A stretch of 32,000 bases of DNA from Candidatus Poseidoniaceae archaeon. Lineage in GTDB: Archaea; Thermoplasmatota; Poseidoniia; Poseidoniales; Poseidoniaceae. Made by a program: the position numbers and the translations under genes. Numbering within the stretch: position 1 is the first letter of the stretch; each line of letters starts with the position of its first letter. The notes beneath the pieces are model-generated. The model worked only from the letters and a program-made list of their open reading frames with translations, did no database searches and was not told the origin of the DNA. Shown in pieces: positions 7,287 through 15,396 of this stretch. The DNA lies in assembly GCA_943789275.1 (NCBI GenBank), contig CALSTM010000001.1, positions 240,001 to 272,000 on the forward strand, in the 5' to 3' direction.

Positions 7287-8617
7287 TGAATCTCCTTACC
7301 TTTGAACAATGCGCCGCCGATGAACCAGAACACCACAGCTTGGACCAGCAGCACGAGGGTTGCAACAATGCTAGAGGCGAAGCCTGAAAGTCCCAAACCA
7401 GGCTTCGATGAGAAGAAGTACAGCGGTACAGTTCCTCGAAGTGAGGATGAACCGAAGATATCCGACCCCTGTCCGCCACCGCCCCATTCGCCCATGAGTA
7501 TGAACACATCGAGATTCGGCCAGACCATCATTGCCGCTGAGTCAACAATCATCAACGCCCATCCGATGACCGAAAATCGAAGTATGGTCGAATCCGGTGC
7601 ACCCATCGAGAGTAAAGCCATGCCCAACTCCCATGCCGCAAACGGAATGGCGAGAATTATTCCATATTTCCATAACACTCCCAATGCGTTGAACAACATC
7701 CCATAGACAAGCGTGGCCATCATGGTGGCGAAAATGATCGCCAGCCAAACGCCGAGGTCAGCAAATCTGAAGAAATCATCACCTGAACCTACAAATCCTG
7801 AAACCAACGCTCCAAGGATTCCAAGAGCGATGATGTAAGGCCAAACAATGCCGAGATACCCCAGTACTCGGTAGAGGAAAATCTCCGAGCGTGCTACCGG
7901 TTTTGCGAGCATGAAATGCATGGTGCCAGAGGTCATTTCGTCACGTATGAGGCCCGTTGCCAAAAACAGGGGCAGGAAAATACCAAGGAGCAGCACAAAC
8001 CCAAGTTTTCCGATGGAAAGAACGAACGCCAAATGGGTTGCTTCTCGTGAATATGCATCCTCATCAGGGTCTTCGTCGACACCAGCGTCAGCGATGACTT
8101 TGGTGATAATTTCTCCGGAAGGCGAGGTCGTAATTTGAACGATGATGTCACACGGTATACCGTTTTCATTGGTATCTTTTTGCGATGCCGTTTTGTTTGA
8201 ATTAAGACAATCGCCATCGTTGTCATAACCTGTGGAATCCGAGCCAGAAGAGCCAGTGACATCCCAGTCAAAACCGTCTTCGTTGATGTAATTTGATGCC
8301 GGTTCAGGCTCGATAGGCGGGTCAAACATACCGGGGTGTGACTCATCAGAGAAAGGGTCGGTTCCCAACCGACGCTCTTGACCGCTTGGATACCCATCTC
8401 CATCTTCGTCGAACGAATCTCCATCGTTATCTATCGACTCAAATTCTGAGCCCATTACATCGATGTAAATCATGAAAATCAGAGCAAGCGCCGTGAATCC
8501 AACGCCTAATACCACCCATGTGGATGTTCGTGTGCGGTACTGGCGTAGAGTGAATTCCACAATGGCTGCTGCCTTACGGTCCAGCGAACGAAAAACGGAA
8601 TCTGGCTTGGTCGCCAT
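7283..8617 (-). CDS. ABC-2 family permease with large acidic extracellular loop carrying thrombospondin-type-3-like Ca-binding repeats
   Basis: About 444 aa. The track start at 8620 is TTG; the ATG at 8617 overlaps the upstream stop (TGATG). One TM, then a ~140-aa D/E/G-rich loop ('DNDGDSFDEDGDGYPSGQERRLGTDPFSDES', 'DNDGDCLNSN', 'DTNENGIPCD'). It is followed by an ABC-2 core with 'IRDEMTSGTMHFMLAKPVAR' and 5-6 TM helices. Confidence 0.8.
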   Translation of the reverse strand: MATKPDSVFRSLDRKAAAIVEFTLRQYRTRTSTWVVLGVGFTALALIFMIYIDVMGSEFESIDNDGDSFDEDGDGYPSGQERRLGTDPFSDESHPGMFDPPIEPEPASNYINEDGFDWDVTGSSGSDSTGYDNDGDCLNSNKTASQKDTNENGIPCDIIVQITTSPSGEIITKVIADAGVDEDPDEDAYSREATHLAFVLSIGKLGFVLLLGIFLPLFLATGLIRDEMTSGTMHFMLAKPVARSEIFLYRVLGYLGIVWPYIIALGILGALVSGFVGSGDDFFRFADLGVWLAIIFATMMATLVYGMLFNALGVLWKYGIILAIPFAAWELGMALLSMGAPDSTILRFSVIGWALMIVDSAAMMVWPNLDVFILMGEWGGGGQGSDIFGSSSLRGTVPLYFFSSKPGLGLSGFASSIVATLVLLVQAVVFWFIGGALFKGKEIQ

Positions 8618-9609
8618 CAAACGCGCCCCCCAGTGGTCAAGTAGCCTAAGATGGAGGCCAGGTCGTCATCGGGATTGTCGATGGCGGAAATTTTGTGGCC
8701 GTTTTCCACGATGATTTTCGGAAGTCGTGCGTGGATTGCTCCAAGGTTATGCGTTTGAATCGATACGTTTCGGCCGTCCGGGAAAGAGATTCCAAACACT
8801 TCATCGATGTCGATGATGTCTTTCGCCAGTGCCTTTGGGTTTTCTGCTTCGATTGAGATTCGGTGAGGGATTTGGTCGAGACGTTCTCGAATTGAATGTA
8901 AGTTTCCAAGTGCAAGAAGTCGTCCTTGATGCAGAATTACAATTTGTTCGGTAATTCTCTCAATTTCTTGTAGGATGTGGCTGCTGACCAAAACCGTTCT
9001 TCCCATCTTTCCAAGTTCACGAATGACGTTCATGATGGTGGTTCGAGCCAACGGGTCACAACCCTGGAGTGGCTCGTCGAGAATAATCAATTCCGGGTCG
9101 TTGACAAGGGCGTGAGCAATTTTGACTCTTTGCCGCATACCCTTGGAGAACTGACCAATTTTCTTGAATGCGACATCTGTGAGTCCGACGAACTCCAATA
9201 CTCTGTCTGCCTCTATTCCGGCTTCATCACGTGTTAACCCGTTGAGGCGAGCAAACGTCGAAACGAACCCGTGGGCAGTCATCCAGTCGTACATTTTTTC
9301 ATGTTCTGGCACAAATCCAACCCTTGCATAGGGTGCAGGATTTTTCCACGGGTTTGTTCCAAACAGTTTGATACTGCCCTGGCTGACTTTGATTTTTCCC
9401 ATGAGGAGGTTAAACAGTGTTGATTTCCCGGCTCCATTCATTCCAAGGATCCCCGTAACTCCTCCGTTCAGTGCTAAGGTGATGTTGGAAAGTGCGAAGA
9501 TACGCCCATAACTTTTCGAGACGTTTTCAAGAAGAATTGCTGGCGCTTGGACATCCGGCGTCCATTCTTTGGTTTGAGCTTGCCCTTGCTGGTCAAAGTC
9601 GGGAATCAT
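8617..9609 (-). CDS. ABC transporter ATP-binding protein (ABC-2 subfamily, with C-terminal accessory domain)
   Basis: 330 aa. Walker A GMNGAGKST, signature FSKGMRQR, Walker B LIILDEP, H-loop SSHIL. The ATG overlaps the upstream permease stop (ATGA at 9606-9609). Confidence 0.92.
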   Translation of the reverse strand: MIPDFDQQGQAQTKEWTPDVQAPAILLENVSKSYGRIFALSNITLALNGGVTGILGMNGAGKSTLFNLLMGKIKVSQGSIKLFGTNPWKNPAPYARVGFVPEHEKMYDWMTAHGFVSTFARLNGLTRDEAGIEADRVLEFVGLTDVAFKKIGQFSKGMRQRVKIAHALVNDPELIILDEPLQGCDPLARTTIMNVIRELGKMGRTVLVSSHILQEIERITEQIVILHQGRLLALGNLHSIRERLDQIPHRISIEAENPKALAKDIIDIDEVFGISFPDGRNVSIQTHNLGAIHARLPKIIVENGHKISAIDNPDDDLASILGYLTTGGRV

Positions 9610-10655
9610 TCACGTGTCACCTCCATTGAGGAAACGCGTGAACTCAGCGTAAACAATGCAATTGCATTCATGGCTGCAAGTGAGGCCAGTGACCAAGTCC
9701 AAGAGTACTGGTCGTAAGTGGGCTGCGTACCAATAATGGCCTGGCCAACATGCGCCAAGCAATCGTAGGGTGAAAGGAGATACAGAATTTCCCGGTCAAA
9801 CAAGTTCGATACGATAAAGGCAAGAACTTTCGTTCCGAGGATGATTGACAGAAGGGCAATTCCCGGGAAGAACTTACCTTTGGAAACACTTGACAAGGCT
9901 AAACCGATGCTTGTGTATGTGAATATCAAAAGTACAGCGCTGACGACGGTAGCCAAGAACATGGGGAACGTGTCCAAAATCCACGCCCACCCACGGCCCA
10001 TGCTTACGATTTCAGCAAAGTAATACAATGCGAGGGTGATGAGGATAATCATGGCTTGAATGAGTGCCACAGCAATGAACTTCATCGAGACATAGTCAAA
10101 GCGAGTAATCGGCCTTGAAAAATACATTGCTGAGGTACCGTGTTGGCGATCCTCAGAGATGACACCCCCGACCAAAAGTGCTGCGACAACTGGGTAGTAG
10201 AGCATGTTGCGTGGAAGGAATCCCAGAACGTGGCCGTAGAGATTATCTCTGCTGACGCCCCATACCGAGTGAAGGCCAGATTCACCAATGAGGCCTGAAA
10301 CAAGAACCATGGCGACATCGGTAAGTGATGCGACAAACACGACCAAAAGAAACAACCTGATTGGTACGCCCCAAGGTCGGTGGCCCTTTTTGAAAATACC
10401 AAGCAGGTGATGTCTCAAAATGGCCCAATTTCTCATCCACCGAGGGTTCAGTTCTCCGTTCCATGGTTTGTACTGCTGCTTGAAAACGTGACCTTCACTC
10501 CTTGGTGCGGTGGTTTCGTTAATGGAGAGGTCTTCATCACCTTCGGTTGACCCCCATGCCGCTTCTAGACGAACCTTTCCAGTCACGGGAGTTTCTGGTT
10601 CATACTGCGATTCAACGGGCACTTCAGGAGCCAATTGCTCGGTCTCATCGGTCAT
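9606..10655 (-). CDS. ABC-2 family permease (NosY/YhaP-like) with acidic cytoplasmic N-terminal extension
   Basis: 349 aa. About 75 aa of acidic N-terminus, then 6 predicted TM helices. 'ISEDRQHGTSAMYFSRPITR' is the ABC-2 permease motif. ATGA overlap with the upstream ATPase at 10652-10655. Confidence 0.85.
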   Translation of the reverse strand: MTDETEQLAPEVPVESQYEPETPVTGKVRLEAAWGSTEGDEDLSINETTAPRSEGHVFKQQYKPWNGELNPRWMRNWAILRHHLLGIFKKGHRPWGVPIRLFLLVVFVASLTDVAMVLVSGLIGESGLHSVWGVSRDNLYGHVLGFLPRNMLYYPVVAALLVGGVISEDRQHGTSAMYFSRPITRFDYVSMKFIAVALIQAMIILITLALYYFAEIVSMGRGWAWILDTFPMFLATVVSAVLLIFTYTSIGLALSSVSKGKFFPGIALLSIILGTKVLAFIVSNLFDREILYLLSPYDCLAHVGQAIIGTQPTYDQYSWTWSLASLAAMNAIALFTLSSRVSSMEVTRE

Positions 10656-11719
10656 GATGCGCCACCACCCATGTGTTCGGGAGCGTCGACCTTACGAGCT
10701 TCGACTGGAGACGTCAGTAAATCTTCACTTGATTTCACTTCATAACCTAAGTTTTCCATGATGGAAAGGAACAAATCTTCCAGCGATGCCTCATATTCAT
10801 GCATTCGGCGAATCTGAGCCCCAACTTCTGCTGCACAACCGAGAATTAAGGAAGTCGTATCTTCTTGTTCATGAAGAATACGCATAACTCGTCCTTCACG
10901 GCGTACACTCATGCCTTTCTTGGTCATTGCCTCGTACAAACGCGTAGCGCCACCCCAGACGTGAATCTCTATTTCACGGTCGAATCCTTTCAAGTCCTCA
11001 ATACGTCCTTGTGCTGCCAGCTTCCCCTTGTGAAGGAGAATGAAATTATCACACACGCGTTCAACATCGTCCATCAAGTGTGACGCCATGAGCACGGAGC
11101 GGTTTCCACTCCTTACCGTGTTCGTTAGCGTCTCAATCATGTAATCTCGTGCCATGATGTCAAGACCATTTGATGGCTCGTCAGCGATGATGAGTTCAGG
11201 GTCATGGACCAAAGCACAGGCGAGTTTTGTAGCCTGTTTCATCCCAGTTGAGTAACTGCCAATGTTTCGGTATCGTTGCTCGCCAAGGCCTACGTATTGC
11301 AATGTCTCATGTGCTCTTGCTTGTGCCACGATTGGATTCATGCCGAGCAATTCGCCTGAATATCGAACTTGATGGATTGCTTCCATGTCTGGATTGAGTG
11401 AATCGTACTCAGGCATGTAGCCAATCCTTGAACGAATTTGGTCTCCCTGGGTCCGTATGTCAAGTCCAAGTACCCGTCCTTCGCCCTCTGTCGCCTGAAT
11501 CAATCCGAGAATCGTTTTGAGAAATGTCGACTTTCCAGCTCCGTTCGGGCCAAGTAGGCCTGTGGCACCTTTCGGAATCGAAATATTGAGTTTATTCAAA
11601 GCCACATGTGGGCCATAGGACTTCGTCAAGTCGGTCGTCTTGATGATAAGGTCGTCGTCCAACTTGTCTCCCCCTTGATGAAAGAGATGTTCGGCACCCT
11701 TTGAACTATGCCACGGCAT
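10652..11719 (-). CDS. ABC transporter ATP-binding protein (ABC-2 subfamily, with C-terminal accessory domain)
   Basis: 355 aa. Walker A GPNGAGKST, signature YSTGMKQA, Walker B LIIADEP, H-loop ASHLM. 19 nt downstream of the tgtA stop on the same strand. Confidence 0.92.
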   Translation of the reverse strand: MPWHSSKGAEHLFHQGGDKLDDDLIIKTTDLTKSYGPHVALNKLNISIPKGATGLLGPNGAGKSTFLKTILGLIQATEGEGRVLGLDIRTQGDQIRSRIGYMPEYDSLNPDMEAIHQVRYSGELLGMNPIVAQARAHETLQYVGLGEQRYRNIGSYSTGMKQATKLACALVHDPELIIADEPSNGLDIMARDYMIETLTNTVRSGNRSVLMASHLMDDVERVCDNFILLHKGKLAAQGRIEDLKGFDREIEIHVWGGATRLYEAMTKKGMSVRREGRVMRILHEQEDTTSLILGCAAEVGAQIRRMHEYEASLEDLFLSIMENLGYEVKSSEDLLTSPVEARKVDAPEHMGGGAS

Positions 11720-11738
11720 ACTTCAATCGTGTGGCTAC

Positions 11739-14003
11739 TTATTGCTTCATTCCGCCACGCGTTTTTACTGCTACGCCTTTTTGGAATGTTTTCATGTCGG
11801 CAAGCGTTCCGTTCGACACGCCATGACCGAGAAGTTCTCCAGCAGGGTTGACAAGAAGGCATGTTTTACCCGGTGAGATCCATTCATCACATGCAACTAT
11901 GAATCCGTGGAACACGTTTCTGCCTTGACGAACAAACGGTTCCGCATCTTCGTTGACAACAACCCATGCTGGGCCTTTCGAGATATGGCTATCGCTTGAT
12001 TGGTCAAATCCAGTTGGTAGTGCGGCGATACGTGCCGAATGTACAGCGATTGCTCCTCCGTCTGTGAGCGAGAGCCCACCGTCAGTTAATCTTGGACTCA
12101 CGATGTGTGTTCCGTCGCTCAATATGGCGTTTTTGACTCTGCCCAGTCGATTGACTACACAAGTCGAGTCCTTGAGTAGTTCATTGACCCATTGACGTTC
12201 TAAGTTGAGAAGCAGTACCATCTTGTCGCCAACGTGTCGCCGTTGAAGTGCTTCTTTGGCTTTGGTTCTGTTCTCCGGTTCAAGGACGTGCTCACTTGCA
12301 TCCGAGTCCGTCACGCCGTCAAGGACTCCAGCCTGATGAAGGCCCGTCATTGCTCGAGATTGAATGCCATCGCCTAACAGGTCAACCAGTATGATTCGAC
12401 GTCCGTCCATACCGTAATGTTCCAATTCTTGACGAATGAGAAGTGGATTTGGACGTCGTCTCCAAAGCCACTGAGGTCCATCAATATGCGTGAAGGGGTT
12501 GAGGTCTTCGAGAGAATACGGGAGTAAGCCAATCGGAGTTTGGATCATGACTTCAAGACCTGGGCAATGGTGCTGCAGCCGTACCATCAAGTCACTCAAT
12601 CGCTCACGCCATGGTCCGGAACTCCCGTAGGCGACCAGAACTGCATCGCTACCTCGGCCTTGAACGCTGTGAGGTCTCCAGCGTGCTTGAAGGGCTTTTT
12701 TTGCAGCGTCCACATGAGGTCGAACAAGGGTGTCGTCTCCGCCCCATGGTTCACCGCCTTTCCGAGGTGTTTCTTGTGATTCAACAATCCAATTCCAAGC
12801 CCCCTCCCATGTACCAGCATGTCGGTCGAGGTCTCGAGCAGCATCTCGGTCATCGAGTACCATTTCTTCGAGGAATTGCATGTCCAATTTGGCGTTGTGC
12901 GGGCTGGTCGAGAGCCACAGAAACGCTTCCCTTAGAGCCGGGTGTTGATGACTGCGACGTTCAGCCAGTCGCCAGATGGTACCGTCGCGGATTGCTTGCT
13001 TGCAACGGTCGAGTTCTGCCAAAGTCACTTCGAGATTGTATCGGGCGAGGTGCGCCGTCATTTCTTTTTTACCAAGTGAGCGTATTTCAGCGGGAGTATG
13101 CCCGGCAACACATGGCATTCTTTCCGGCCATTCAGTGAGCGTCTGAATCTTTTGTGTGCCCCATGGAGTGAGCAACCGACCATCACGAGCAAAAAGAGCG
13201 TAAGCAGCCGAATCAAACAGATCCGCTCCGAGCGCAATCGACATAGGAAACAGCATTGGATGACCGCAACCAAACATATGCACCGGCCTGTTTGGAGGGA
13301 GGTGTGGAAGAGAAGCGAGCATTATTTTGGCATAATCTTTGTACAGATGACGTTCCATAACCGGTACGATTCCACCAATGGGGTGGACTGCAAAGTCAAA
13401 TTCACCCATGCCTTGAGCAGATTCTGTTCGGAGGTGTTTGAAAAGTCCGCCTTGAATTGGACCGTTAAGCATTGTGTTTCCAGCAGCCTGTATACTCGCA
13501 GGAGCTCTTTCAAGGGTTTCACGGACGCACTCGGCAACTTGTGCTTCGTTCATGTCCGGTCGGGAAAATACGTCGAGCATGGTGGCAATGTCAACTCCAA
13601 TGCTTCTTTGAAACTCTACAATTTGTTCGACACCTACCTCAACATCGCCGTAAATGTACGCCTGGAAGGTCCCGGAGTCCGTCATCACGACACCAGGGAA
13701 ATCAAGTAAGGCATGTACGCCTTTTTCTGTAGCGATTTCTTTGAGATTTTCGTGCTTCCAAATGATGTACGAGTTGGTAATGAGTGCTCCAATTCCATAC
13801 CGGTCCCACATCTCACGAGGTTCAATGGTTCGAATGTTTGGATTAATGACCGGGAGCAGGGCTGGAGTTTCCAGTATGCCGTGGCGCGTGTGCAACCGTC
13901 CCAAGCGCCCTCGACCGTCACGTGCGGTAATCTCGAATAAGCCCTCATCCGATTCTCTGCACGGAGTGGGGTCGTCTCGTTTACCTTCCATCCATGCGCC
14001 CAT
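11739..14003 (-). CDS. tgtA: archaeosine tRNA-guanine(15) transglycosylase (ArcTGT), unusually long, with C-terminal PUA domain
   Basis: 754 aa. 'GRLHTRHGILETPALLPVINPN', 'VVMTDSGTFQ', 'MFGCGHPMLFPMSIALGADLFDSAAYALFARDGRLLTPWG' match the ArcTGT catalytic domain. The C-terminal 'FVRQGRNVFHGFIVACDEWISPGKTCLLVNPAGELLGHGV' is PUA-like. SD-like GGAGGGGG upstream. Confidence 0.9.
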   Translation of the reverse strand: MGAWMEGKRDDPTPCRESDEGLFEITARDGRGRLGRLHTRHGILETPALLPVINPNIRTIEPREMWDRYGIGALITNSYIIWKHENLKEIATEKGVHALLDFPGVVMTDSGTFQAYIYGDVEVGVEQIVEFQRSIGVDIATMLDVFSRPDMNEAQVAECVRETLERAPASIQAAGNTMLNGPIQGGLFKHLRTESAQGMGEFDFAVHPIGGIVPVMERHLYKDYAKIMLASLPHLPPNRPVHMFGCGHPMLFPMSIALGADLFDSAAYALFARDGRLLTPWGTQKIQTLTEWPERMPCVAGHTPAEIRSLGKKEMTAHLARYNLEVTLAELDRCKQAIRDGTIWRLAERRSHQHPALREAFLWLSTSPHNAKLDMQFLEEMVLDDRDAARDLDRHAGTWEGAWNWIVESQETPRKGGEPWGGDDTLVRPHVDAAKKALQARWRPHSVQGRGSDAVLVAYGSSGPWRERLSDLMVRLQHHCPGLEVMIQTPIGLLPYSLEDLNPFTHIDGPQWLWRRRPNPLLIRQELEHYGMDGRRIILVDLLGDGIQSRAMTGLHQAGVLDGVTDSDASEHVLEPENRTKAKEALQRRHVGDKMVLLLNLERQWVNELLKDSTCVVNRLGRVKNAILSDGTHIVSPRLTDGGLSLTDGGAIAVHSARIAALPTGFDQSSDSHISKGPAWVVVNEDAEPFVRQGRNVFHGFIVACDEWISPGKTCLLVNPAGELLGHGVSNGTLADMKTFQKGVAVKTRGGMKQ

Positions 14004-14059
14004 GCTTTAGCCCCCTCCTTCGTGTGTTTCAATCCATCCGTTAAAGTTGAATCATTTCG

Positions 14060-14518
14060 TCATACAAACTCGACTGCGCCATGCGCCAGAATGAATTCAC
14101 GACCGAGTTCATCGAACGTATCAAGCAATGCGGACGAAAAACGGATTCTCGAAATTTCGTCATCACGTTCTAAATCTGTTTTCACGCCTTCAAGCGTGCC
14201 AGGAGCGGCTCCACAGGATAAGCAAGCACCGGTGAGATCCAGTATCAAATCCAGTTGAGCATCTTCGCCTTCTGCCCAGTCGAGAGATGTGACGGCAATG
14301 CCGCCACCGTGACCGTCGAGTGCAGCCCGAACATCACCGAGGCGAGATAACAGCGCAGGAACAAATTCCTCTCCGCCTATGAATTTGAGAAGAGAAGTGG
14401 TGCGAAGTCGTTGCTCGACAACGGGGTCGGTCATTTCGTCAATTCGCCGACTTGCTTCCGCTGACATGGCTGCTTTCGCTTCGGCTGCGTATTTGGCCAC
14501 CAAGTCGTCGTCGGTCAT
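14060..14518 (-). CDS. NifU C-terminal (Nfu)-like Fe-S cluster carrier domain protein
   Basis: 152 aa. 'LDGHGGGIAV...LDLTGACLSCGAAPGTLEGV' carries the Nfu-type CxxC motif. Divergent from the suf operon. GGAGAGGGAGG lies upstream of the ATG. Confidence 0.75.
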   Translation of the reverse strand: MTDDDLVAKYAAEAKAAMSAEASRRIDEMTDPVVEQRLRTTSLLKFIGGEEFVPALLSRLGDVRAALDGHGGGIAVTSLDWAEGEDAQLDLILDLTGACLSCGAAPGTLEGVKTDLERDDEISRIRFSSALLDTFDELGREFILAHGAVEFV

Positions 14519-14602
14519 ACTGTGGCCTCCCTCTCCTTCCTCTTCAACTATGGTGTGAACGAGGTATCAACGCAGTAACCGGTATCCCGCATGATTACAC
14601 CA

Positions 14603-14612
14603 CTTGATAAAG
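14603..14612 (+). promoter_or_regulatory. possible TATA-like element for the suf operon
   Basis: 'TTGATAAAGG' about 35 nt upstream of the sufC ATG (14644), in the 125-nt divergent intergenic region. An SD-like GGTGAGG lies between it and the ATG. Pattern-based only. Confidence 0.25.
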
Positions 14613-14643
14613 GAGTTACGCGAGGGGAGAACAGGTGAGGGTA

Positions 14644-15387
14644 ATGGCAGATGAAATCTTACGGATTGAAAATCTTCATGTTAGCGTCGAAGGCACCCCC
14701 ATTCTCAAGGGCTTGAGTTTGACAATTCATCGTGGAGAAATCCATGCCATCATGGGCCGTAACGGTGCAGGAAAGTCGACTCTAGCGAACGTTGTCATGG
14801 GCCATCCTGCTTACGAAATCACATCTGGTCGCATTTTCTTCAAAGGTGAGCCTCTGGAAAATTTAGAAGTCTTTGAACGTGCACGTGCAGGAATGTTCCT
14901 CTCGTTCCAATACCCTGCTGCAATTCCTGGAGTCCAAGTCGGTACCTTCCTCAAGAAGTCCGTCGCCTCAGTACGTGAAAATCCACCAAAAGGTCGTGAA
15001 TTCCGTAAGGAACTTAATGCTGCTATGGACCAGTTATCGATGGACAAGAGTTTCCTTTCACGCTATGTGAACGATGGATTCAGTGGCGGTGAAAAGAAGA
15101 GGTTAGAAATTCTACAGATGCTGTTGCTTCAACCTCATTTGGCTTTGCTTGACGAAACCGATTCTGGGCTGGACATTGACGCTCTACGAATCGTCGCACA
15201 GGGCATAAACGAAGTCGCTGCCGATTCGGCCTGTCTGATTATTACTCACTATCAACGATTGCTTGACCTGGTCAAGCCGCACTTTGTTCACGCAATGATT
15301 GACGGCACCATCATACGCACCGGTGGCCCTGAATTGGCGTTGGAACTTGAAGACAGAGGATACGATTGGCTTGAAGTCACTGCTTGA
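14644..15387 (+). CDS. sufC: Fe-S cluster assembly ATPase SufC
   Basis: 247 aa from the ATG at 14644; the track GTG at 14635 is less likely because GGTGAGG precedes the ATG. Motifs: [37 protein letters not shown]. Confidence 0.93.
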   Translation: MADEILRIENLHVSVEGTPILKGLSLTIHRGEIHAIMGRNGAGKSTLANVVMGHPAYEITSGRIFFKGEPLENLEVFERARAGMFLSFQYPAAIPGVQVGTFLKKSVASVRENPPKGREFRKELNAAMDQLSMDKSFLSRYVNDGFSGGEKKRLEILQMLLLQPHLALLDETDSGLDIDALRIVAQGINEVAADSACLIITHYQRLLDLVKPHFVHAMIDGTIIRTGGPELALELEDRGYDWLEVTA

Positions 15388-15396
15388 GGTGTTTTT

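Noticed and set aside
12611-13709. Long plus-strand ORFs (12611-13138, 175 aa; 13098-13709, 203 aa; also 13654-14010) antisense to tgtA
   Set aside because: They lie entirely inside a strongly supported minus-strand gene. Their translations are Arg/Ser/Pro-rich with no motifs, typical of shadow ORFs opposite a GC-richer gene.
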